Positions 25,321 through 36,986 are shown, counted from the first letter of the whole stretch. The stretch: 63,440 bases of DNA, filler included, from Licmophora abbreviata (GCA_900291995.1; 12 parts of 12 records of this genome joined end to end with filler, not necessarily neighbours in it), one strand, 5' to 3'. A program made the numbers and translations. The notes: a model not told the origin generated them from the letters alone.

Positions 25321-25488
25321 ATAAATAATATTGTAGAAATCGCTGGATGCTTGTATCTCGGAGAAGGCCACAAGATCAGCGATGAGCTGACGTGTTGAAT
25401 GTCTCGAATTTGTCCCTCCTGCTCGTGTCCCATGAGAGAGAGAGGAGTGTGACGGCCGCGGTCGTGTCTGTTTCCGTGCCACAAGACG

Positions 25489-27911
25489 ATGAAGAACCTC
25501 GACGGCGCGATGCTTCCGTTGCGAGTCTCTCCAAGATGTCAACGACGGCGACGGCCTGCATTCTCTTACTACTGGAATGGCAGTAGCAGTCGTTTTCTGT
25601 CATCGGCAGTACCTATACTTTTCTTGGTTTTTGTTTCGGCTGAGTTTAGCGCTGCTCAGGCTCCCTTTGAGGGCGACCAATCATGCCCTTGCTTACTGAG
25701 CACCGATCAAGGCCTCCCGCCCATTGATCCTGAAGACATTACCGATGATTTAATTCAGCAGATTGGTGGTACGAACAGTAGCGATATCGCTGTCTACGGT
25801 GTCGGCTGTGCACCACACGATGAAACGACTCCGATCTGCACCACGGACGACTGCAGTCTTGGACCGAACTACCTGCCCGCACCGGTCGACTGCGATCGGG
25901 ACTGGTGTCAAAGATCCTTTTGTTGGGTCGATCCTTTGAATTGTGAATTGCTCAATCGACGGTCGGCGTACTTTTCCAAGAGTGGACGTTACTATAGCTA
26001 CGCGACATGCTACGAAATGGATAGCTTCACGGATCAGTATCTTTTGTCCTCACTGCGCGGTAGAACCTTAAAGGTCGGCTTCAATTCCAACAGTGGTGGG
26101 TGGACGGGGGCGTACTCTACTACAGGAGAGCACTTCAAGGGTGGGATTGAAAAGTGGAGTGGGCCCGCCGTGACGTTTGCTCGCGAAGCGGCGCTCGCGG
26201 GAGGCTTTCGACTGCAGCTGACAGAGCCGCCGACCTTTTTGCGAAACGAGTCCTATGACTTTTTCGGAGCAAGTTCCTTCAGCTACTGTGTCTATGCCAC
26301 GGCATTGGGATACCTGGACATGTGTGTATCGCAATATTCGGTGACGGATCAACGAGCGTCAGCGACGGACTGGTTCTTGTTAGGGAACGAACCGCTCTAT
26401 CTCATTGTGCAGACAGATTCAGGAAATGANNNNNNNNNNNNNNNNNNNNNNNNNNNNNNNNNNNNNNNNNNNNTTAATTAATTAANNNNNNNNNNNNNNN
26501 NNNNNNNNNNNNNNNNNNNNNNNNNNNNNGGTATGTGGCCACCATCTTTCAGCCCCTTACTTTGGGTGCCTGGATGTTTATCGTTCTCTTTGTCATTCCC
26601 GTCATGGGGATGCTCTTTGTCTATCACGAGTATGGACGAGCTGGATCTGCCTTTCCGAAACAGGAACAGGTCTTGGTGTCGGACGATCATGAGACGTACG
26701 AAGTACAAGAACATGCAATTCCTCTTCGTACACATCTTATCCACTCCATCTACACGACACTTCTGTCCGTCTTGCATCAGAGCTACGGAGGATCGCTCGT
26801 TACCCCCGGAGCCATGTTTCATTTGCTCGGTTTTGCCTTTTTCATTCTGACCATCATTGCGGTCTACACTGCCAACTTGGCCGCGATATTGACGCAGCAA
26901 GCACAAGTTACGTCGGTGCAGGACTTTGAAGATGCTCTCAGTAGAGGCTATCGCTTTTGTGGCGAACGCACCAATATTGCCGATATGGAACTCATCTATG
27001 GTGTGAAACCTTCCGCCTTTGTGGTGGATCCTATCGAAGAAGGCGGCGACGGCCAACCAGGCTTTACGTGCTCCAACTGCCAGAGTCGGACTCGCGTATT
27101 TGACTTTTTGGATACCGCCAAGGCCGAGTCGGGTGATCCACGCTACTGCCATGCGGCGTTGGCTCCCCTGCAGGACTTGCAAGTGCTCCAGAACGCTGGG
27201 CAACACTGCAACAAGACAGATGTCGGACAACCGATTCGATATATACAGTCAGGCTTTCCAGTCAGCGAGCGAGTGTCTCGTGAGACGATTGCCATGCTTC
27301 TCAGGCTCAAGAATGGCGGGGTGTACGACAGGGAGCTCGTGAATTCTCAACCCGTGAGTCGATGCAGCGTGGAAGGCCCACAGGATTCTGAAGGGAGTGC
27401 CTTGTCGGTAGTGCAGCTCATGGGCATTTGGGTGGTTACCTTTGGATTCGCCTTTGGTGGTGTCCTCATCACTCTCTGTCAGCCATGGTGGAAGAAGGTT
27501 GCCCGACGGAAGAACAAACAAATCGTCAAGAAGGTTCATCGGCGCAATCAGAACATGATCCGGACACAGAAACTGGATCGTTCCGATTCGTTCTTGGGAG
27601 ATAATACCACAATCGTCAATGGTCGGCGTATCTTTACAGGCGTGCTGGACAATGAAAATCAATCGCTGCGGCGGAGCGACCATGGCCCTCTGCACCTAGA
27701 TGGGCAACGAGGCGTCGGTTTTACCGACACAATGAGGGGTGTCACAAGGCATCGCTCCTCGACGCAGACGTCCGCGACCGACAACCCCGTATCTGGAAGA
27801 TCAGAATCTCATCCCCAGGAGAATGGGTATAATCGTAATTTGGAAAGCGGAGCGGCTGACTTTGACGCAATAGATCAGTCTTTACGCTTGGATGTATCGT
27901 TCCACGGATGA
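25489..27911 (+). CDS. Ionotropic glutamate receptor-like (GLR) channel with Cys-rich N-terminal domain
   Basis: Signal peptide; S1 GRTLKVGF..DMCVSQYSVTDQRA; M1 IFQPLTLGAW; M3 VYTANLAAILT; S2; M4 LSVVQLMGIWVVTFG. Interrupted by gap 26430-26529. Confidence 0.88.
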
Positions 27912-28087
27912 CTTGACTCATCTTGAGGATGATCAGGCTATGGAGTCAGTTGGAGGCATCATCCAAACCAAACACCGAGTTACACACAATTCTAATGCTC
28001 ATCATAACTCAGATTTGTTCTACTACAATACAGCCCTATTCTCCGTATCGACCGCCGACCGACTTATACTGGTATAGACTGACACTT

Positions 28088-29203
28088 TCATTCATCAAGC
28101 ACATCACTACTCCATCCATACTGGGTACCATCACAAGTCTTCATAACCATGGGATCCGTACCAACATTGGCGCTCTGCCCACGCCACTCCACGCACAAGT
28201 CTTTTCGAGAGGCCAACTGGATCGGTTCTTCGTCGCTCCACTGAAACTGCTGAAGCGGCTCATTCTTCTTGCAGGGCAAAAGACGGAGTTTGCTGCCATG
28301 TCCTACACTTCCAATACTGCCTCCCGCCTGCATGCACATGTTCGTGTCCATGCCGGCACGAAAGACGACAACTCCACCGCCGCCGTCCATATTGACCACA
28401 TTCCACGCACGATTCTCGTCGCACTCGTCCAGGAAAATTTCAGTAAACTTGGCCGTACTACCGTCCTTGGGTTGCATACACCCACCATTTGCAAAGAAGG
28501 CATACAAGGTCGTGTCATCTTGATCGTTACGTGGATCCTCCATGGAATACGTCCAATGGAATCTAGTAGTACCACTACCATTGCATGTCTTGGCATGAAT
28601 CGTATCACCCACATTGGCGTTGATACCGCGATGGGTAAGACAAAAGTCCGTGTCGGAAGCACCTACATGAATCACTCCCTCGTTGCAGGCAAACTGCCGG
28701 TGCCTCGTTCGGGTCAGATCGCTACAATCCTTGGCAAGCCGCATGCGCATTCCTTCTCGCACCATGGCATTCGTCGGAGCCGTAGCCACTTCCATGCACC
28801 TAGTGTTGCCATTTCCAATATCACTGAATAAGAATCCATTTTCTAGCTTCCACAATTGACCCGGTGGCGCCTTTTGAAAATCGCAAGGCATCAAGCGAAG
28901 GAGATTGGGATCAAGGGCTTTGAGTGAAAACATCGTGTTAGAGGGTGCAGTCAAGCACAACAATAAGGATTGTGTCTCCGGAGCTCCGTTGCTACTTCCA
29001 TCAGCGTTGGTGACGATGGACTCTGCATCATGCTTGCCCAAGACAAAAAAGCCAAATTCGGGCGCTTCTGGCTGCTGCTCAAGACCGCGGTGAAGAGTTG
29101 TACCCGCTTCTTCTTGATGATGACGAGGGAAGATCCTGTGGACTTCCCAAGCTCGAGCGATTCCGAGCATCGCCATCACGAGATGAACATGGAGAAGCTT
29201 CAT
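28088..29203 (-). CDS. Secreted ricin-B/beta-trefoil lectin-like protein
   Basis: Signal peptide MKLLHVHLVMAMLGIARA; repeated C-[LM]...C..Q-x-[WF] units (GQLWKL, RQFA, LQQFQW). Confidence 0.75.
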   Translation of the reverse strand: MKLLHVHLVMAMLGIARAWEVHRIFPRHHQEEAGTTLHRGLEQQPEAPEFGFFVLGKHDAESIVTNADGSSNGAPETQSLLLCLTAPSNTMFSLKALDPNLLRLMPCDFQKAPPGQLWKLENGFLFSDIGNGNTRCMEVATAPTNAMVREGMRMRLAKDCSDLTRTRHRQFACNEGVIHVGASDTDFCLTHRGINANVGDTIHAKTCNGSGTTRFHWTYSMEDPRNDQDDTTLYAFFANGGCMQPKDGSTAKFTEIFLDECDENRAWNVVNMDGGGGVVVFRAGMDTNMCMQAGGSIGSVGHGSKLRLLPCKKNEPLQQFQWSDEEPIQLASRKDLCVEWRGQSANVGTDPMVMKTCDGTQYGWSSDVLDE

Positions 29204-29611
29204 GAGGTCACTGACTCGTTCGAGAGCAAACAAGAGCGAAACGTAAAAAGTAACTCTCTCGCCGGTAAACTTGTGTGCGATAGCCTCTCTGTGCAAGGCG
29301 GAGTGGCAAAAAATCTTTCCCGTCCGTTTCAAACCGAGTCGTATCATGTCACACATGCATGTGGCTCGGCCACGGAGAGCCATATTCCCGGAGCAGCAGT
29401 GGCAGCACCTCCGTGATGCGATCGACCTATCACCGATGTACCCGTCATAGCAGAAAGCCGCGTCGTCGACTCGCGCTCAAGGGCATGGTGGAAGAGACGA
29501 CGGGAAAGAGTACAATAGGGTGCAAGGTGCATCACAGGTATGATGTGTATGATGATACAATAGGTATACACTCCCAAGTTCGACTCTTATGGAATCGTAC
29601 AACTGCTTTGG

Positions 29612-29720
29612 CCTAGACTGACTCGACTCACTCGACTTGACTCACTCAACTCGGCTCAACCCACTCGAGCGATTTGATTCATTCGACTCATGTCCAGTGA
29701 GTCGAGTGAGTCAGTCTAGG
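29612..29720. repeat. GACTC-rich inverted-repeat element (109 bp) with perfect 13-bp terminal arms
   Basis: CCTAGACTGACTC (29612-29624) versus GAGTCAGTCTAGG (29708-29720); interior of ACTC/GACTC units. Confidence 0.75.
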
Positions 29721-29873
29721 AGTCGAGATGAGGGTCGGAACGAAAACGGAAGATCGCAACAACAAAAAATGAACGATGAGGAGGATGTAACATCATCCAT
29801 CGCTCTATTGATTGATTGATTGATTCATTCATTCATTCATTCAATCTCCTCTGGGCGAGAACACCGTAGTGCC

Positions 29874-31744
29874 ATGGTGTATCTAAGCTTAGCGCTTGGC
29901 TGCATCAGCGCTTGGATGGTCCCGAATCTCAGCGTCGAAATTGCCATGTACCGCTACGCACTCACCAAGAGTTCCCATTGGCGCCGCGGACCTCTCATGG
30001 TGGCAGCCAATCAAAGAATCACACAGACGTGTGTATTTAGCATTACGGCATGTGTACTTCTCTATATCCTGACGGCTCTTCTCATCGGTCGATCTACGCA
30101 GACTCTCGATGAACGAGCCATCAAGATTCTCAATGGAATTTCCTTCTTGTTGTCGTCTGTCGCTGTCATTGTCTTTTCCATTGAAACTCCCATGTGGTTG
30201 GGGGTCTACTACTCGAAAAAGAGTCAATTTGGACCGCTTCTTGGGACCTCACTCTACACATTGACTCGCAGTATGTGTCTCAATATCATTCGAATCTTTG
30301 CCCGCGGCTATATTTTGACTTCCGTCTTTTACTGCGGCGCCGAGCCGCTCACCATCCCAATCAGTGTGGGAAGTGGAATCGTAGTGGGCTACTTGATTTG
30401 GGTCGGTGTGTATATCGGAAGGACCAGCTACAAGGCGTACAAGACTCAGATTGCGATTCTCCTGGCAACGCTCCTGAGCATGTTTAGTAGTTACTGCTTC
30501 ATGATGGGATGTACATATATCCACGATGTTTGGGGTGCTGTGGAATGGCAACCCGTTTCGACTTTGGCCTTGTCTTCTTTGGTCTTTGGACTCCTTGCGG
30601 GAGGCACGTGTCACTATTTGACATGGGTCTATTCGCAACATATGTTTGGAATCATTGATCCAGATCAGTCGGTACGATTTCAGACACTGCTCTTTTCGCC
30701 GAATCTCATTGAACGGATTCAACGAGAGTTTAAATCGTTTCAGGGGCAATTGAGTGTTGTCGTGGAAGAAGATGAGGAGGAAAAAGAAGAAGAACCACTA
30801 GTCCCAGTGGAGAGGGAGGAAACTGTGACCGACTATGGCTCCGTGCTTGTACAGCTTCCAGACGAGGACACTCATAAAGAGANNNNNNNNNNNNNNNNNN
30901 NNNNNNNNNNNNNNNNNNNNNNNNNNTTAATTAATTAANNNNNNNNNNNNNNNNNNNNNNNNNNNNNNNNNNNNNNNNNNNNGACACTCATAAAGAGACG
31001 GAAGCAACATCAGCGAGTCCTATGGAACCGTGCTTTCAGCAGACAGTCGCGGTCCTTCGGTGGATTGCTTGGATTGCCATCAACTTATTTCTACTGTATG
31101 TCATTGTGGTGAACATTGGTGCTTCTATCCAGACTTCCGCCGTCATGAAACAGCTGCCGGACAGTTACGCCTTTCTGTACCCTCCCGATTACAACCATGG
31201 GACTGTCTGCGCTTGGGATAAGCCTGGCCCCAATGCTACAATTCGTACGTTTGATACTCCTGCCAAGGCATATGGCGAAAAATTTTCCATTGTACATTGT
31301 GGAGCCTGCGGTCAGTGTTCGAATTGGAACGATCTCACCTTACAATGGACGACGCGACATGATTTGGCACTTCGATCGCAGCACTGTGCAAAGCAATTCG
31401 TCCTTGGCGGGGGTATGGAATCTGTGCAGGCATGCAACCGTGATGAGATTGGATTCACGGATGATTGTGCTCGATGTTGGACGAACGATGAGTACTGCGC
31501 CAAGAGACACTGTGTCTTTATCTTTCTACAAGGGGTCATTATCAACAAATTGACGAGCTTTGAGGTTGGGCCGGGCCAGATTACATCGGCCACGTGCGAC
31601 GAAGCCATGTGTGGGCCCGTGTTCGGGCCCTGTTCGGGGGCAATCCGGAGGCGTATGAACATTGAGAGCAGTATCTCACGGCCAGAGTACCAGCAGTGTC
31701 ACATCATTGAACAAGATTGGGCAAGAGTATTTGACCACCCATAG
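29874..31744 (+). CDS. FTR1-like multi-pass membrane protein (degenerate) fused to a C-terminal Cys-rich extracellular domain
   Basis: About 7 TM N-terminal region, acidic loop, one more TM, then HCGACGQCSNWNDL...CARCW...TCDEAMC...CSGAIRRRMNI. Frame is continuous across overlapping gap flanks; FTR1 likeness is from remembered pattern only. Confidence 0.55.
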
Positions 31745-31795
31745 CCAATTGCTACAACACAATCAGTAACTGTAGGATGTGCTGGGCAACAACTG

Positions 31796-33287
31796 TCAAT
31801 TGAACCACGTCTTGTTCTTGGCGCGCTTGCAGTCGTCGTCGCACTTAATATTATCAGGATCTCTCTCCTCCTCGTTGTCTGGACAATATTCATCGAATTC
31901 GACAAGCCCGCCGACCAATGGATGATTGCACAGCATGTGTTTAACTTCGAGAAAGTGCATGGCAGCAGCTGACCTGCGAATCTGATACACTCCGTCAAAG
32001 GGCCGATTCAAATCAAACGCCATCTCGTAGAGAATCACGTAGCACACAATCAGGGCCGAGAAGAGGATGCGCGCCATTTCATCGGGAACGGCATCGGTCC
32101 GGGATGTATCGACAGCTCCCAGTGCAAAGCCCGTCAATAAGAGTCCCGACAGAAAGGTCATGACATCAAAGTGAGTGGGGGACAGGGCCAGTGCTTCGTC
32201 GGCCATGCGCTTTGATCGCGCTTTGAAGAGTTCCCCTACAGTTCCACGCACCTCCGACAAGAGGTGCTAGTAATAGAAAAAAGGGCACACACAGATGATG
32301 AGTCAAGGAAGCTGTCATCGAACCATCGGCTCCATCCATCCATGAAAGCAGCAGTCATCGTACATACTTACTTACCTTGTCCAGAGTTCCCTGCCGTTGT
32401 TGTTCTGCGAGGAACCGCAGTATCCTCGCGTAGGGATCACTGTACATGACTCCCATAATTTCCCTCGCTCGATTCTCCCGCACCAACGTGCGTATCTGAT
32501 CGGCAACGCACTGCGTCCCCTCCACAGCCGCGTCAGCATGGTCCGAAAAGAGATCCAACAAGTGTTGACACGTCAGTGCCAGGAGAGAAGCCTCGAGCGA
32601 CACTGTTTCTTGAATCCGCGTAAAGCGATCGTACAAAATGCTCAGGGTCAATGAGAAGTAGGTACCCAGGACGATGGACACTCCCGGGAGGAAGGTATTG
32701 ACCAAGGACAGTAGAGCATCGTCGTCCATCGTGCGCGTGGCAGATTGCAGTACATGGAAGATGTATGGAAAGACAGCGTAGGCCATGGTCCCCACGACGG
32801 CGCGGGCGGGGAGCTTGTTCCACGCAAGGAATCGACCGACGCTTCCGTAGAGCGACGGCGGTGGAGCGACGTCGTCAATGGTGGGCGGGACGGCGGTCAT
32901 GTTGGCTTGAAACTGATCTGAGCGAGCGTAGAAGCGAGGCTCGATGAGGCGAGTGACTTGAGAGTAGGGAGATACAGTGTAGTCGATGAAGGAGATGAAG
33001 TTGTAGTCGAGCTGTTCTTCGTCTGGGGCCAAGTGATAGGTGGATCTGGGAAAGGCGGGTTTGCGGCGTGCGCTCGTTGGGGTGGTGCAAGTAGAATTAT
33101 TGCGGATGGAAGTAGCCTCTGTAGTACCACTGCCTTTCATCGACAGCCTGGATGCTGACAACAAGCGTACTCTGTTGGGCACACCAGGGCTACTAGTACT
33201 ACACCGACGTACCGGAGGTGAGAAGGCTATTGCTGTCGGGTTTTTGGCGAAACATATCATCCACGCCATCATCAGCAAAATCATCAT
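31796..33287 (-). CDS. Probable plastid-targeted DUF4239/bestrophin-like membrane protein
   Basis: Signal peptide plus AIA-FSP motif; intron 32267-32375 keeps frame; IQETVSLEASLL and C-terminal MAFDLNRPFDGVYQI. Confidence 0.7.
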
Positions 33288-33705
33288 GGTGAGTCTACCA
33301 AACCGTTCTATCGTGGCTAATACTGTGGGGATTGAAAGTCCGCGATAAACCGCTTTGTTGTCAGGTGGCCTCATGACTGTGTGGTGGTGTGTGATGGATC
33401 TTTCTCGAAACACGATAGTGGAACTGCGTCTCGCCGCGCGAAGATCTTTCGGGCATCGGCGGTTGGCTCGATGATGTCACGCCAATGTCATCCAGTATCA
33501 CTCTCTAGCCCCTTCAGAGTGAAAATTATAAAAGAAATTGGTCTTACGTGATACTTAGAACGCGTAGTATTTCAATAAGTTGCAGATCTTCGTTTGGGCA
33601 TCAAAGAACTGTTCGCAGAACGTCTTGACCTGTTCTCATTTTCACAAACACTCACACCGTGTCATATCTTGCCCACAGAAAACAATCGACCACCCTTCTA
33701 AAACG

Positions 33706-34056
33706 ATGAGCAAGGCTGACATGAAACGATTGGAAAAGGCGTTGGGAGAAGAAAAGGACTTCCATGTGGACACCTACCACATTTCCGAGACGGAACGCGG
33801 TGCCGTCTACCTGGTGGAAAAGGGCAACACGTTCTGGAATGGCCTTCTCTGTTGTTGCTTTCCGCGTTATGTCTTCAAGGTTGACATGGCGAGTAAGGAA
33901 GATACTATCACTATTACGAATGAAACCTTTGCCAAAGGATGGTGGAATGGACTTTGTATCGGTTCGGATATGACCAAGGAGGAGATGGACAAAGTAAAGT
34001 TCTTGGTCGAAAGGGAGTTCAAGGATGAGCGGACGGTGGTCTTGGGCGACGAGTAG
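33706..34056 (+). CDS. Small hypothetical protein (116 aa)
   Basis: ATG ORF with protein-like composition; CCC cluster; repeated WNGL-x-C motif. Confidence 0.6.
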   Translation: MSKADMKRLEKALGEEKDFHVDTYHISETERGAVYLVEKGNTFWNGLLCCCFPRYVFKVDMASKEDTITITNETFAKGWWNGLCIGSDMTKEEMDKVKFLVEREFKDERTVVLGDE

Positions 34057-34580
34057 AGAAGCGGATTTTGTCTCCAAGACAGGAACAGGCTGGGATGTAG
34101 GAAGTACACTATTGTTAGTTGTTTTGCCATTGTTATATTGTTTGATGCCGTATCTTTCGTCTCAATCATCATCATCCCACCATCTTGAAAGCCCCCTTCT
34201 TTTAATAAGCAAACGATTTCTCCCATGAGTCATGCTGGCGAAATGCAAATGAGGTTTGATGAGGCCCCTGAGACTGACGAGACGACCAGACAGACCACAA
34301 ACATCATCCGCGTGATGGCTTCTTGTAACGATACTGCGGCTTGTTGTTAGGGTTATGGTACCATTTTCCTCTCGTACCACCACGGCAATAAAAGTATGTA
34401 GAGCTCGCAAGGCGTCTGTCGTTCGCACCTCACAAACTCTCATCTCGACACAGAAAAAGGCGACGCCACGACGACCATGACGCGATGCCGATCGGAGCGC
34501 CATAAGTCTAACCCATCATCCTCTTCCTCCAGCGTGGAAGTCACCAGATTCCTGGCATGCTGAGTGTGGAGTGAGTCATC

Positions 34581-36362
34581 ATGTGTGGCATTGGCGTCTG
34601 GATCGAACGCATCGGAAAACAGCACACTGGAACTTCTAAAATAATTAGTAGTAGTGTGAGTAGCAGTAGTACGGATAATGTGCAAGGCGAGCTCTTATCG
34701 CGCCGAGGACCACACTCGTGTCAGTCTGTGACAGTACGGTCTTTGCGTACTACTTCGAAGAGTCACAACGATGACGACGCGGATCGAATGATTCAAACTA
34801 GTACACGAATTACGTCGACAGTACTGCACATGCGAGGAGACGAGATGACGCCACAGCCTGTCCAGGTGGCAGACGACACGTACTTTTGTTGGAACGGAGA
34901 AGTCTATGAACTACTACCGGTACTACAGATGGACGAACGTCTTGCCGACAACGAGTCGGATACTCGCTTACTGGCAAGACTCTTGAAACACGAGCTCGCC
35001 AAGTCTACTACCACTACTACGGATGCAGTTTCTGTACAACTACTTGACGCAGTCTCGTCGGTTCTAGCAGGAGTCGTGAATGGCGAGTTTGCCTTTGTGC
35101 TGGCGACACCCGACTTTGTCGTGTATGGACGAGATGCATGGGGACGCCGGTCCTTGTTGGATCGAATCTCACCAGTGAATGACAAATCGTCGTGTCATCC
35201 GACATTATTTCAACTGTCATCCGTGGCGACGACAAGTAGTACCGATACTACTACTGCAGATGATTGCTGGACGGAAGTTCCCCCGGGGCAATTGTTTCTC
35301 TTTGATTGTAAGACTGGCAAACGCACGTCACGGCCGCTGTTGACTTTACAACGACCCCAGTGGATGGAATCTGTGTCGCCGACATGCTCAGAAGTAATGC
35401 CAAAACAATTACACCCTGCATGTTCCGAACGCATGTGGCAAGCATCGTTGCAACTGGAACGCGTGTTGTTGGAAGCTGTACGTTGTCGACTGCAGTGCTG
35501 TCGTTCTCCACAAGAGCCTACTGCTGTTGCAATTCTTTTTTCGGGTGGACTGGATTCGGTCGTACTGGCAGCCTTGGCCGCTCAGGTGGTTCCGCATCTG
35601 GACTTGTTGAATGTTGCCTTTGGAGACACTGTGGAGCAATCGGCGGATCGTCAAGCGGCGATTCAATCTCATGACGAATTGAAAGTCCTCTATCCCTCCT
35701 GCACCTTTTCGTTAGTGTGTGTCAATGTGTCATGGGAAAGTGTGCAAGAGCACGAGGCGCATATCAAAAAGCTTATCGCTCCCAAGACAACCTTGATGGA
35801 TCTCAACATTGGTACGGCACTCTGGTTTGCCAGTCGAGGACGGGGAGTAGTGGAAAGAATATCCAAGGATGATGACGAGTCGTCTCCACGTCAGCAGACG
35901 GTAGTAGACGACTACACGTCGACATGTCGTATTCTCCTAGTGGGCATGGGCGCAGACGAGCAAATGGCGGGATATGGTCGACATCGAAATGCTTATCAAA
36001 AGGGGGGCAACGAAAAGTTGCGACGAGAACTCGATCTCGACATGGGTCGACTATGGGAGCGAAATTTGGGACGAGACGATCGTTTGTTGTCAGACCACGG
36101 CAAGGAGGCACGCTTTCCTTTTCTGGACGCTCGCGTGGTGGACCTTATACGTGGATTGCCGCTCGATTGTGTCTGTGACATGGATCTACCGGCTGGGATT
36201 GGCGACAAGCAGATTCTACGATTGATGGCCCAGCGATTGGGACTGTCGACGGCGAGCGGTCTCGTCAAGCGTGCCATTCAGTTCGGTAGTCGAATCGCTC
36301 ATGTGAGTGACAAGCAGCGTTTTGGAAGTCGAAGGAAGGCGAAAGGAACTCTGCAGTGTTGA
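34581..36362 (+). CDS. ASNSD1: Asparagine synthetase domain-containing protein 1
   Basis: MCGI Ntn start; RRGP, LHMRG, WNGE, GRDAWGRRSL, ILFSGGLDS, GMGADEQMAGY, RNLGRDDR, KRAIQFGSR. Confidence 0.93.
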   Translation: MCGIGVWIERIGKQHTGTSKIISSSVSSSSTDNVQGELLSRRGPHSCQSVTVRSLRTTSKSHNDDDADRMIQTSTRITSTVLHMRGDEMTPQPVQVADDTYFCWNGEVYELLPVLQMDERLADNESDTRLLARLLKHELAKSTTTTTDAVSVQLLDAVSSVLAGVVNGEFAFVLATPDFVVYGRDAWGRRSLLDRISPVNDKSSCHPTLFQLSSVATTSSTDTTTADDCWTEVPPGQLFLFDCKTGKRTSRPLLTLQRPQWMESVSPTCSEVMPKQLHPACSERMWQASLQLERVLLEAVRCRLQCCRSPQEPTAVAILFSGGLDSVVLAALAAQVVPHLDLLNVAFGDTVEQSADRQAAIQSHDELKVLYPSCTFSLVCVNVSWESVQEHEAHIKKLIAPKTTLMDLNIGTALWFASRGRGVVERISKDDDESSPRQQTVVDDYTSTCRILLVGMGADEQMAGYGRHRNAYQKGGNEKLRRELDLDMGRLWERNLGRDDRLLSDHGKEARFPFLDARVVDLIRGLPLDCVCDMDLPAGIGDKQILRLMAQRLGLSTASGLVKRAIQFGSRIAHVSDKQRFGSRRKAKGTLQC

Positions 36363-36931
36363 TGAGACTAGAAGAGAANNNNNNNNNNNNNNNNNNNNNN
36401 NNNNNNNNNNNNNNNNNNNNNNTTAATTAATTAANNNNNNNNNNNNNNNNNNNNNNNNNNNNNNNNNNNNNNNNNNNNGGCACAAGCGTAAAAAGAAGTG
36501 GAGTTCCTGCGGGTGGCATATGGGGTAAACAGAAGTTTGTCGGTTCCAACACTGGAGCGGCTCCATACGTTGGTTGTCTCTGCTTTTGTCTTCAGGGGCT
36601 GCTTATGCTCTGTTTCCCCCTTGACAAGCGTGATGCATACAAGGTCCGAGGGTCGGTACGTAACGAAAGGAGCGAAACAGAGTTTGGTTACAGACTTGTA
36701 TTGAGTCATGACATCTGACTGTGTTATTGCAATCTCATTTCTTTTGTCTCCCAGTTTTTCACGGCCGGTGGTTATCAGGTGGAGAGCTCTAACTTCAAGG
36801 CGTATGGCCCTCACCGCATGGAGTGCTGAACGTCGAGAAAAGTCGTGACAAACACGTGACTATAAGTAAAACAACAAACGCTGTCGACACGCACGAAGAG
36901 GTAGACACATGGAATCAACGGTACGTGAGTC

Positions 36932-36986
36932 GAGTCGGCAACGTAGATTTCAACAGTCGATTCCATTTGAGTCGGCAACGTAGATT
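36932..36986 (+). repeat. 18-bp direct repeat GAGTCGGCAACGTAGATT, two copies
   Basis: Exact copies at 36932-36949 and 36969-36986 in intergenic DNA. Confidence 0.8.

Noticed and set aside
29806..29845. (ATTG)n(ATTC)n tract
   Set aside because: Ordinary compound microsatellite, not a perfect hairpin
33706..34056. ASDURF/prefoldin-like uORF homologue upstream of ASNSD1
   Set aside because: Not coiled-coil or prefoldin-like, and separated by more than 500 bp
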